From an uncultured delta proteobacterium (GTDB lineage Bacteria > Desulfobacterota > RBG-13-43-22): a DNA stretch of 64,000 nt. Position 1 is the first letter of the stretch, and each line of letters opens with the position of its first letter. Below are positions 1 to 8,769 of the stretch, in pieces. Under the pieces are notes generated by a model. That model searched no databases. It worked only from the letters and a program-made list of their open reading frames with translations, and had not been told where the DNA came from. The stretch lies in the NCBI GenBank assembly GCA_963711835.1, contig CAVQFQ010000015.1, positions 96,001-160,000 on the forward strand. The letters run 5' to 3'. The translations under genes were made by a program, and so were the position numbers.

Positions 1-1
1 T

Positions 2-382
2 TTTGGTCGCCACATAGGGCAGGTCCATGGAACCGGCCAAATAGGCCAGATTGAGTCCCAGGATGGAATATTCTTCCAGTTCCAGACCCGTTCGGGCCTC
101 TTTGGTCAAGGCCCGGACGAAACAATGGGTGGGCGCCGGAAGAGGATTCCAGCAAAAGGCCGTAATCAGCTTTTTAACCACCCCGGCCCCGATCAGTTGA
201 TCCGCCAAAAGCATTCCGGCGCACTTGGAAATCGTCAGGTCCTTTTTCCTCTGACGGATAATCTCATGGGCCGCTGCAAAGGGTTCCTGTTGAAGAAAAC
301 CGCCGAAATAGATGGTCTGCCCATCCTGCACATAGTGCCCGATGGCTTCCGAAAGGGGCATGAGTTTGTTTTGCTTGGCCAT
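2..382 (-). CDS. CoA transferase family I alpha subunit (GctA-like), runs off window start
   Basis: Own translation from ATG at 382: MAKQNKLMPLSEAIGHYVQDGQTIYFGGFLQQEPFAAAHEIIRQRKKDLTI...LELEEYSILGL..AYLAGSMDLPY, a typical GctA/AtoD N-terminus; not in the ORF track because it is open-ended. Confidence 0.8.
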   Translation of the reverse strand, partial: MAKQNKLMPLSEAIGHYVQDGQTIYFGGFLQQEPFAAAHEIIRQRKKDLTISKCAGMLLADQLIGAGVVKKLITAFCWNPLPAPTHCFVRALTKEARTGLELEEYSILGLNLAYLAGSMDLPYVATK

Positions 383-415
383 GGAAGAAGGCATCTCCGG
401 AATAAAGGGTTGGCC

Positions 416-1981
416 TTACCGTTTTGGGGTCTGCCGGGTGTATGTCTCCCGGAGAACCCGCTTCAACAGCTTGCCTGAAGGGGAAAAGGGTAGCTCCTTC
501 ACGAAATAGACCTCCCGGGGTTTCTTATAGGAAGCCAGTTTTTGCCCGACATAGGCCGTGATCTCCTCTTCGGTGATCCGGCCCTCCTCTTTGGGGACGA
601 TATAAGCGACAATTTTTTCCCCCCATTCGGGGTCGGGAACGCCGATGATAGCCGCTTCGTTGACGGCCGGGTGGTTGTAAAGGACCTCCTCGATTTCAGC
701 GGGATAGATGTTGACGCCGCCGGAAATGATCATATCCACGGCCCGGTCCACGATGTAATAATAACCCTCTTCATCCATCCGGGCCATATCGCCTACGGTA
801 AAATAGCCTTCATGATAATTGGCTTCTGTGGCCTGGGGATTTTTATAGTAGCCGTCCAGAAGAAATGGGCTCTTGACATACATGATGCCTATCTGGCCCG
901 GAGGCACATCCTGTTTATTGACATCGAGCAAACGGATCTCATTGCCGATAGCCGGTTTCCCGCAGCTCCAGGGTTTTCGAAGCTGGTCTTCCGGACGCAG
1001 ATAGGTGGCGCAACTGATCTCGGTGCCCCCGAAAAATTCAAAGATTTTTCCTTCTCCAAAGAATTCGACGGCCCATTTTTTGACCGGGAAGGGAAACGAT
1101 TCCCCGCCGACGGTTATCACTCGAAGTGAGCGGTGGTCGTATTTATTTTTAATTTCTTTGGGAAGATTCATCATCCGGTTAACCATGGTCGGGACCATCC
1201 AGGTCGTGGTCACCCGGTATTGTTGAACCAACGATAGAAAGTTCTCGGCGTCAAACCGGGGCATGATCACCACGGTGTTACCCAGGATCAGGGAAAAAGC
1301 GGCCCAGCCGTAAGGGGCGGCATGATACAACGGCCCGGCCACCAAGTGGACGTCTTCATAGGTCGATTCAAACTGATAGGCATAGCCCATGAGGCTGTTC
1401 AAACGGTTGCGGCTGTTTCGGATGACCCCTTTGGGCCGACCGGTCGTTCCCGAGGTATAGATCAGGGAAGGGGCCACCCCAAAGGCCCCGGCATCGATCT
1501 GCGGCGAGTCGTCCGGGCTTCGGCTTATCAGATCGTAGAAATCCGAAATTCCCGGCACCGGTCGGCTGCCGCAACGGACATAAATTAAGTTGGGATCGGC
1601 CAGCTTCGGTTTGGCCGCCTGCACCACAGGCTCAAATTCATCGCCGTGGATCAACAGCTTGGATTCGGAATCATTGATGATGTAGGCCAGTTCGTCTTCC
1701 TTGAAGCGATAATTCAAGGCAATGGGAATGGCGGCCATCTTCCCGGCCGCACTCCAGGCCATCAGGATCTCCGGGCTGTTGTGCATCAAAATGGCCAGGC
1801 GGTCGCCGGGCGACAGACCTAGATTGATAAGGGCATTGGCCAGGGCATTGGTTTTTTTATCCAGCTCCTCATAAGTCACCACCCTCTCACCCATGATCAG
1901 GGCCGGCTTCTCAGGTGTTCGTCTGGCCTGGTTGGCGATCCCCAACCGTTCCTTATCAAACCTGCTGACGAAATCGATCAT
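416..1981 (-). CDS. Acyl-CoA synthetase (AMP-forming, class I adenylate-forming)
   Basis: YTSGTTGRPKG P-loop, FGGTE, GDMARMDEEGYYYIVDR, terminal PSGK. Confidence 0.93.
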   Translation of the reverse strand: MIDFVSRFDKERLGIANQARRTPEKPALIMGERVVTYEELDKKTNALANALINLGLSPGDRLAILMHNSPEILMAWSAAGKMAAIPIALNYRFKEDELAYIINDSESKLLIHGDEFEPVVQAAKPKLADPNLIYVRCGSRPVPGISDFYDLISRSPDDSPQIDAGAFGVAPSLIYTSGTTGRPKGVIRNSRNRLNSLMGYAYQFESTYEDVHLVAGPLYHAAPYGWAAFSLILGNTVVIMPRFDAENFLSLVQQYRVTTTWMVPTMVNRMMNLPKEIKNKYDHRSLRVITVGGESFPFPVKKWAVEFFGEGKIFEFFGGTEISCATYLRPEDQLRKPWSCGKPAIGNEIRLLDVNKQDVPPGQIGIMYVKSPFLLDGYYKNPQATEANYHEGYFTVGDMARMDEEGYYYIVDRAVDMIISGGVNIYPAEIEEVLYNHPAVNEAAIIGVPDPEWGEKIVAYIVPKEEGRITEEEITAYVGQKLASYKKPREVYFVKELPFSPSGKLLKRVLRETYTRQTPKR

Positions 1982-2024
1982 ATTTAAAACCCCTGCTGGA
2001 ACCCCTCAGACCTTGGACGGCATT

Positions 2025-3212
2025 TTATCCTAATTCATTGCCCAAAATAGCCACAGCGCTGATCTGGGGGGGGCCTCCGAAGGTATGGGACAAACCGAGC
2101 CGGGGATTTTTGATCTGCCTTTCCGGCAAATCGGCCTTGCCCTGCAATTGTTTATACACCTCATAATTCATGCGCAGTCCGCTGGCCCCAATGGGGTGAC
2201 CGAAGCATTTCAAGCCGCCGTCCACATTCACCGGCAGCCCTCCTTCCCGGGTAAAAAAGCCGGCATCCACATCCTCTTTGGCCCGGCCGCGGGGGCTGAA
2301 TCCGAAATCCTCATAAATCAGCAGCTCCGTGATGGAAAAACAGTCATGCACCTCGGCCAGGCTCAATTCCTCCCGGGGATTTTTGATTCCGGCCATTTGA
2401 TAGGCCCGTTGGGAGGAGTTGACCAGGGCATCGAAACTGATCCAACTGAATCCCGGCCGGAAGTGCGGCATCAGGGCGTCGGTGGAGATACCGAACCCTT
2501 TAAGGTAAATCGGGTCCGGCCGAAAGCTCTTGGCCCTCTCTACCGTGGTAATAATGGCGCAGGCGGCGCCATCGCTGTTCCCGCAGCAGTCAAACAGGCC
2601 CAGGGGCCAGGCTACGATAGGGGCTTTGAGAACCGTTTCCACCGTGATTTGATTCCGGAAATGGGCCTTGGGACAGAGGCTGCCGTTGGCATGGTTTTTA
2701 ACCTCGATCTTGGCCAGGGTCGTCTTCCCTTCCTCAAGGCTCAGGCCGTAAGTTTCAAAATAGCGCTGGGCAATCAATCCAAAAGAGCCGGGGGAGGTCC
2801 TCCGGGCCTCGTAGACCGGATGCATACCCCGGCCGGTTCCCAAACCCGGGTATCCGGTATCCTTCAGCTTCTCCACCCCTAAGGCCATAACCAGATCATA
2901 GGCGCCGCTGGCTACGGCCATACAGGCCTCCAGGAGAGCGATGTGGCCGGATGCACACCAGTTTTCATTCCGGATAATTGGGATATTCCCTAATTTCAAG
3001 CCGTCGGCCGCGATCGTTCCTGAGGTCCCGCCCATCGGGGCCATGACCGTAGAGAACCAGCAGGCCTCCAGGTCTTTGGGACCGATCCCGGCGTCCTCAT
3101 AGGCCTCGTAGGTCGCTTCTATGGCCAAATCCGCAGCTCCTTTGTCCCATCGTTCTCCAAATTTGGAGCAGCCCATCCCGATGATGGCTACTTTATCTTT
3201 TATGCTACCCAT
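2025..3212 (-). CDS. Thiolase family protein (SCP2/PhlC-like acetyl-CoA acyltransferase)
   Basis: ENWCASG catalytic Cys, EVHDCF, NVDGGLKCFGHPIGASG. Confidence 0.9.
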   Translation of the reverse strand: MGSIKDKVAIIGMGCSKFGERWDKGAADLAIEATYEAYEDAGIGPKDLEACWFSTVMAPMGGTSGTIAADGLKLGNIPIIRNENWCASGHIALLEACMAVASGAYDLVMALGVEKLKDTGYPGLGTGRGMHPVYEARRTSPGSFGLIAQRYFETYGLSLEEGKTTLAKIEVKNHANGSLCPKAHFRNQITVETVLKAPIVAWPLGLFDCCGNSDGAACAIITTVERAKSFRPDPIYLKGFGISTDALMPHFRPGFSWISFDALVNSSQRAYQMAGIKNPREELSLAEVHDCFSITELLIYEDFGFSPRGRAKEDVDAGFFTREGGLPVNVDGGLKCFGHPIGASGLRMNYEVYKQLQGKADLPERQIKNPRLGLSHTFGGPPQISAVAILGNELG

Positions 3213-3251
3213 AAGAATTTGCCTCCCGTAATCCGAACGAATTTTTAATTA

Positions 3252-3397
3252 ATGAAATTCGAATATCGAAATCCGAAACTCGAAACAAATCGAAATGACC
3301 AAAAATCTAAATTCAAAACGTTTAGTTTGTATTATTCGGATTTTAGAAATTTGAGTTTGTTTCGGATTTCGTGCTTCGTGCTTCGAAATTTATTCAT
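3252..3397. repeat. Heptamer-periodic inverted-repeat hairpin element (CGAAnnn unit), copy 1
   Basis: cgaatat-cgaaatc-cgaaact-cgaaaca on the left, ttcggat-ttcgtgc-ttcgtgc-ttcgaaa on the right; 25 bp identical to 62821-62845. Confidence 0.85.
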
Positions 3398-3456
3398 CCA
3401 TTTCTAACTTGCTGTTTCATCACGGTAAAAAATAATCAACGGTTAAAAACTGGTAT

Positions 3457-4890
3457 TCAACTTTTAATGGCCGGTCTCAGTTTCCAGAAATAGTTATGGA
3501 TGCCCATCCCGTCGTAGATCCTTCTGAAGGTAAAACTCACCGGCATCCCCACTTTCACTTGGGCAGGAACGCAGTCGGTCATCATGCCGTAAAAACGGAC
3601 TTTTTCTTTACCCATATCGGCAATAGCCTGGACCACGACCGGATCATCACTTCTTCCGGCCAGGTTATCCAGCGTAAAGGTAAAGATTTCCCCTTCGCTT
3701 TCCGAGATCGGCACTTCGACAAACTGATCTTTTGATTGGCAGTGGACGCAAATGCGCTGGACCGGAAAAGTCGTAGTCCCGCATTCCCGGCATTTACTGG
3801 CGTGACACTTAAGGACGCTGTTCCGATCCCGCCAGGACACCGTGGCCGAAGGGAAGAGCCGGAAGGGCTCGCCGGGGGCGGCCTCAACCAGCCCTTTATA
3901 GCTCAAAAATCGGGCATAGGAGGTCAGCATCAGTTTCTGGTTTAAAAATTCCTTTATTTTCTTCTGCTGCTGGGCCTGGGTAATCCGGTCAGTGGCCCTG
4001 AAGATCAAGGCGTCGGCCCCGTCGGCATAATTGGCCAGCAACAACAGCTCACCCGGACGGGCCTCCTCCAGGGCGTTTACCAGCATGATCAGGGCCTGGG
4101 CAGCGCCGCAGTGGCCCACGGACTGGATCAGGGGATCCTGGACCTGCGTTTTGATGTCAAGGCCCAGTTTCTGCACCAACCCCTTGTGGGTGCGAAGATC
4201 CGGAGCGGGGAGAATGGCCTTGGAAATATCCTTGATTTCCAGCTTGGTTTTTTTCAAAATGCCCCGCACGGCTTCAACCATGTGACTGGTGTAGCCTTCC
4301 GTCAGGATAAACCGACTTTCCCAGGTCCGGACAAAACGATCTTCCGGATTCCTCCAGACATCATGCATCTCATTGCAGATGGAGTAGCTTCCTTCACAAA
4401 CAGCCCAGGGATCCTCCCGGCTGACCAGTAAGGCAGCGGCGCCGTCGCCGAAGATCTGCTCCTGGTCCGAGCGCGGATACCCCAGGCGGGAGTCGGCGGC
4501 CGCCACCAGCACTTTTCCGGCCGAATCGCCGGCCACCGCGTCCAGGGCTGCTTTCAGTGCCCCGGTCCCGGCCCGAAGGGAAAACCCAAAATCCGCCGTT
4601 GTGAATTCCCGTTTCAGGTCCAGGGCGGTGGCCATCATAGAAGCGTTCAACTTTTCCTGATAGGGGGCGCTGGTCGTGGCGAAATAGAGGCCATCCAGAT
4701 CTCCCCTTTCGGTTTTCCGGAGACAATTTCGAGAGGCCTCCACAGCCATGGTGATGGCATCCTCGTCATTATTGGCTACCGTTCGCTCCCCACCCAGGGA
4801 GCCCCGTTCCCAGTTTCTGGCAATGATATCGCGCTCCAGGCGAAACGTAGGCAGGTAACATCCCGCCAAAGCTATTCCAACTTTATTCAT
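3457..4890 (-). CDS. HMG-CoA-synthase-like domain fused to DUF35 (Zn-ribbon + OB-fold)
   Basis: N-terminal EDAITMAVEA, GDGAAA; C-terminal CRECG...CVHC Zn ribbon, GEIFTFT and FTFRR OB-fold; the catalytic Cys position reads SLRAG. Confidence 0.85.
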   Translation of the reverse strand: MNKVGIALAGCYLPTFRLERDIIARNWERGSLGGERTVANNDEDAITMAVEASRNCLRKTERGDLDGLYFATTSAPYQEKLNASMMATALDLKREFTTADFGFSLRAGTGALKAALDAVAGDSAGKVLVAAADSRLGYPRSDQEQIFGDGAAALLVSREDPWAVCEGSYSICNEMHDVWRNPEDRFVRTWESRFILTEGYTSHMVEAVRGILKKTKLEIKDISKAILPAPDLRTHKGLVQKLGLDIKTQVQDPLIQSVGHCGAAQALIMLVNALEEARPGELLLLANYADGADALIFRATDRITQAQQQKKIKEFLNQKLMLTSYARFLSYKGLVEAAPGEPFRLFPSATVSWRDRNSVLKCHASKCRECGTTTFPVQRICVHCQSKDQFVEVPISESEGEIFTFTLDNLAGRSDDPVVVQAIADMGKEKVRFYGMMTDCVPAQVKVGMPVSFTFRRIYDGMGIHNYFWKLRPAIKS

Positions 4891-5016
4891 AGGGTTTCCT
4901 CCATGTTATAAAAAATGGTTCTCCCCCCAACACGTTGGGATAAAGGAGCCAGGACAAGCCACTAATTAAGGATCTCATAATAGTCATGACCTTAAATTGA
5001 GAAGCTTGCATTAAAT

Positions 5017-5231
5017 GGGACCGGGGGGTCTTTTTTTCTGGGTTGTCCACCTTCAAGCCCAAAGCTTCTTTCCCGGGCCAAATTCGGGATCACATTCAGA
5101 GACAGGCCTACACAAATGCCCGAAACGGATTTGAGTGTATGCCCTGCACCTAACCCAGTTAGCCGTCCGGGCCGGGATAGGGCGATGATTTACCCTTTGG
5201 ACAACCCCAGAAAAGAAGACCCCCCGGTCCC
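5017..5231. mobile_element. ~215-bp MITE-like/structured element with ~33-bp terminal inverted repeats, copy 1
   Basis: gggaccggggggtctttttttctgggttgtcca ... tggacaaccccagaaaagaagaccccccggtccc; homologous (inverted) to 19899-20114. Confidence 0.7.
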
Positions 5232-5304
5232 TGTTGGTCACTATTATTTTGAGACCTTTAATATGATTGATAGCCCGCATAGGTGATCCTGGCCATCCGG
5301 TTGG

Positions 5305-6966
5305 TCACTTCATCATCTCAATCGGCAGGTATTCTCCAAAGACGTCCCTTAAAACCCCGCAGATCTCCCCCAAGGTGGCATAGGCCCTGACGGCCTCAAG
5401 AAACAGGGGCATGAGATTCTCCTCCTCCCCGGCGGCCTTTCGCAGGGCCATCAGGGCGGATTGGACCCGATCCCCATCCCGGGTTTCCCTGAGCTGTCTG
5501 AGCTTTTCCTTCTGACGTCTGGCGTACTCGGGATCGGATTTAAACAGGGGGAGATCCAGTTTCTCTTCCACCTGGTATTTATTCAAGCCCACGACGACCT
5601 TTTTATTCTCCTCGATCTCCTTCTGGATGGTATAGGCCCGCTCTTCGATCTCCCTTTGGATAAACCCTTTTTCAACAGCGGCCACCGCCCCCCCCCAATC
5701 GTCCACCTGGGCGATCAGGTCCTTGATCTCCCGGACCATCTTTTGGGTCAGGTGTTCCACATAGTAGGAGCCCCCCAGGGGATCCACGGTATCGGTGGCA
5801 CCGGTTTCATGGGCGATGATCTGTTGGGTCCTCAAACTGAGCCGCACCGATTTTTCCGTCGGCAGGGCCAGGGCCTCGTCGAAGGAACAGGCCGCAATCG
5901 ATTGCGCCCCCCCCAGCACCGCAGCCAGGACCTGGTAGGCCACCCGAATAATATTATTCTCCGGCTGCTGGGCGGTCAGGCTTACCCCGGAGGTCTGGGT
6001 ATGGAAGCGCAGCATCCAGGACCGGGGATCCCGGGCCTTAAAGCGATCGCGCAGGAGATCGGCCCAGACCTTCCGGGCCGCCCGATATTTGGCCACTTCC
6101 TCAAAGAGCTTGTTGTGGGTATTGAAGATCCAACTGATCCGGGGGGCAAAGGCGTCAATGTCCAGGCCGGCTTTCAGACCGGCGTCCAGATAGGCAATGG
6201 CATTGGAGAAGCTGAAGGCGATTTCCTGAACGGCTGAACAGCCGGCCTCCCGCATGTGATAGCCGGCCACATTCACGGTATTCCAGAGGGGGACCTGTTG
6301 ACTGCAAAAGGCGAAGATATCCGTGATCAGGCGAATCGAGGGCTGAGGCGGGAAGATATACGTCCCCCGGACCGTGTATTCCTTCAGAATATCATTTTGA
6401 ATGGTACCACGCAATTTTTCGGCCGGGACCCCCTGTTTCTCGGCCACCACGATATACATGGCCAGAAGAACGGCCGCCGGGGCATTGATGGTCATGGAGG
6501 TGGATAGCCGGTCCAGGGGCAGTTCTTTGAAGATGATCTCCATATCCTGAAGGGAATCCACCGGAACGCCGACCTTGCCCACCTCGCCCTCGCTCATAGG
6601 GTGGTCGGAGTCGTAGCCGATCTGGGTCGGCAGGTCGAAGGCCACCGAAAGACCGGTTTGCCCGTATTGCAGCAGTTGTTTAAATCGTTGGTTGGTTTCT
6701 TCGGCGGTCCCGAACCCTGAATATTGCCGCATGGTCCAGGTTCGCCCCAAATACATATTGGGGTGCACCCCCCGGACAAAGGGATATTCACCCGGAAAGC
6801 CGCTGTCGCTCACATAATCCATCCCCGACAGGTCATCCGGGGTATAGAGCACCTCGATCGGCTCCCCCCAATCGGAGCTCTGCCGGTCGCCCCGGCACTT
6901 TTTCAGGAGGGTCTCGGTCCAGCGATTTTTTTCTTCCCTAATCCTGTCGTACGGATCCTTCTCCAT
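5305..6966 (-). CDS. Methylmalonyl-CoA mutase family, large (substrate-binding) subunit
   Basis: PGEYPFVRG, WTMRQYSGFG, LSVAFDLPTQ, QNDILKEY, RFHTQT; no DxHxxG B12-binding domain. Confidence 0.93.
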   Translation of the reverse strand: MEKDPYDRIREEKNRWTETLLKKCRGDRQSSDWGEPIEVLYTPDDLSGMDYVSDSGFPGEYPFVRGVHPNMYLGRTWTMRQYSGFGTAEETNQRFKQLLQYGQTGLSVAFDLPTQIGYDSDHPMSEGEVGKVGVPVDSLQDMEIIFKELPLDRLSTSMTINAPAAVLLAMYIVVAEKQGVPAEKLRGTIQNDILKEYTVRGTYIFPPQPSIRLITDIFAFCSQQVPLWNTVNVAGYHMREAGCSAVQEIAFSFSNAIAYLDAGLKAGLDIDAFAPRISWIFNTHNKLFEEVAKYRAARKVWADLLRDRFKARDPRSWMLRFHTQTSGVSLTAQQPENNIIRVAYQVLAAVLGGAQSIAACSFDEALALPTEKSVRLSLRTQQIIAHETGATDTVDPLGGSYYVEHLTQKMVREIKDLIAQVDDWGGAVAAVEKGFIQREIEERAYTIQKEIEENKKVVVGLNKYQVEEKLDLPLFKSDPEYARRQKEKLRQLRETRDGDRVQSALMALRKAAGEEENLMPLFLEAVRAYATLGEICGVLRDVFGEYLPIEMMK

Positions 6967-6978
6967 GATGCTTCCTTA

Positions 6979-7015
6979 CCCTCACCCCATCCCTCTCCCG
7001 TCGAGGGAGAGGGGG
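6979..7015. repeat. REP-like CCCTCTCCC-loop-GGGAGAGGG hairpin
   Basis: ccctcaccccatccctctccc-gtcga-gggagaggg; looser relatives at 24105, 57771 and 60001. Confidence 0.6.
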
Positions 7016-7047
7016 AACAAAGGTCTTTTGTACGAGGTTATCCCCTC

Positions 7048-7824
7048 TTATTCTCCTTTGAAGACCGGTTTTCTTTTTTCCAGGAAAGCCGTTCGGCCTT
7101 CCTCGAAATCCCGGCTGCTGAAAGCCACGGCCTGCATGGTGGATTCCATTTCCAGAAACGAATCCAGGCCGGCCGGCCAATGGTTCAGGGCCGTCTTGAT
7201 CATGGCCAGCGATTGACCCGGCCCCTGGGAAAGACGGGTTGCCAGAGCCGAAGCCTCTTTCATAACCGCTTCAGCCGGAACCACTCGATTGACCAGACCG
7301 ATCCGTTCCGCCTCCCGGGCGCCGATCGGATCGCCGATGAACATGATTTCCTTGGCTTTAGGAAGACCAACCCGCAAGGGCAGGAGATAGAACAATCCCA
7401 GATCCGGGACTAATCCGATCTTGCTGAAGGTGACCGCGAAAGAGGCTTCTTCCGCTGCCACTAAACAGTCGCAGGCCAGGGCGATGCTGACCCCGGCACC
7501 GGCGGCCACCCCGTTGATCGCCCCGATAATCGGCTTTTCCAACTCCCGCATGGTCTTAATTAAGACATGGCCTTTCTTGAGGCGGAGCCGGGCCGCCACC
7601 GGGGTTAGCCCTTCCATGGTCCGGATATCGCCGCCGGAACAGAAGGCCTTGCCGGCGCCGGTAAGAATAACGGCCTTGACCGATTCATCGTCGCCGAGCT
7701 TTTTAAACAAGCCGGCCAGTTCCATCCGGATTTCCAGGCTCAAGGCATTTCGGATTTCCGGGAGATTCAGGGTGATTTTGGCCAGGCCGTGGTCCCGCTC
7801 CAGTAAGAGGGGGGTATTGCTCAT
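7048..7824 (-). CDS. Enoyl-CoA hydratase/isomerase (PaaG-like: single Asp, no catalytic Glu pair)
   Basis: AFCSGGDI, AAGAGVSIALACD, FSKIGLVPD. Confidence 0.88.
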   Translation of the reverse strand: MSNTPLLLERDHGLAKITLNLPEIRNALSLEIRMELAGLFKKLGDDESVKAVILTGAGKAFCSGGDIRTMEGLTPVAARLRLKKGHVLIKTMRELEKPIIGAINGVAAGAGVSIALACDCLVAAEEASFAVTFSKIGLVPDLGLFYLLPLRVGLPKAKEIMFIGDPIGAREAERIGLVNRVVPAEAVMKEASALATRLSQGPGQSLAMIKTALNHWPAGLDSFLEMESTMQAVAFSSRDFEEGRTAFLEKRKPVFKGE

Positions 7825-7873
7825 GAATCTCGCCCTTTCTTTTTGGGATTAAAGAGAAGCGCCTTTTTTAGCG

Positions 7874-7950
7874 TTGACAAGGACCCTTAATTAGGGGTAA
7901 ATTCTAAAATCTAATTAATAAATTAATTAAATCTTGAATAAATTGTCAAG
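7874..7950. promoter_or_regulatory. Divergent promoter region with AT-rich palindromic operator candidate
   Basis: TTGACA at 7874 (+) and at 7944-7949 (-); near-palindrome TAATTAATAAATTAATTA at 7912-7929 between divergent crotonase genes. Confidence 0.5.
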
Positions 7951-7995
7951 TAAATATTTCATCGGATCGAAATTTAACCGATCCGGGAGGAAACC

Positions 7996-8769
7996 ATGGC
8001 CTTGGTCCATCTGGAAATCATTCAAAAAATTGGCCTGCTGACCCTTGACCATCCTCCGGCCAATGCCCTCAGCCCCGAGGTCCGGCAGGAATTTTTAACC
8101 AAACTTTCAATGCTGGCCGGAGAGGAGGCCGTCTGGACCGTGATTATCACCGGGGCCGGAGAGAAATTCTTTGCCGCCGGGGCCGATATCCCCGGCCTTT
8201 TAAAGCTGGACCGGGAAAGCGGTCTTAAACGGGTTCAAGGGGCACGTCTCTTTTACAGCGGGATTGCCTCCTTTAAAAAACCGGTCATTGCCGCCATCAA
8301 CGGCATTTGTCTGGGGGGCGGTCTGGAATTGGCCCTGGCCTGCGACCTCCGGATAGCAGCCGATCATGCCAAACTGGGGCTGCCGGAAGTCAACCTGGGT
8401 TTGATCCCCGGGGCCGGCGGTACCCAGCGCCTGCCCCGGGCCGTAGGTCCCGGCTGGGCCAATTTCCTGCTCCTGACCGGTCAAGCCATTCCGGCCCGCA
8501 AGGCCTTGGAAATTGGGTTGGTTCAGGAAGTTGTTCCCTATGAGGTTTTAAAGGAAACCGCCCTCGTTTTGGCCGAGCAGATCAACAGCAAAGGTCCCCT
8601 GGCGATCAGGGCCGCTAAAGAAGCGGCTTCCCAAACCTTCGATCATTCCCTGGAGACCGGCTTGGATCTGGAAAACCAGGCCTTTGCGGCCTTGTGCGCC
8701 ACCGAAGATAAACAGGAAGGTATTTCCGCCTTTCTGGAAAAACGAAAACCCCGATTCAGAGGAAAATGA
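7996..8769 (+). CDS. Enoyl-CoA hydratase (crotonase)
   Basis: [37 protein letters not shown] (both catalytic Glu present). Confidence 0.92.
   Translation: MALVHLEIIQKIGLLTLDHPPANALSPEVRQEFLTKLSMLAGEEAVWTVIITGAGEKFFAAGADIPGLLKLDRESGLKRVQGARLFYSGIASFKKPVIAAINGICLGGGLELALACDLRIAADHAKLGLPEVNLGLIPGAGGTQRLPRAVGPGWANFLLLTGQAIPARKALEIGLVQEVVPYEVLKETALVLAEQINSKGPLAIRAAKEAASQTFDHSLETGLDLENQAFAALCATEDKQEGISAFLEKRKPRFRGK

Noticed and set aside
4891-5304. Cobalamin riboswitch next to the mutase
   Set aside because: No B12-box or GGGAA core recognised; the region is downstream of the mutase and explained by the repeated element
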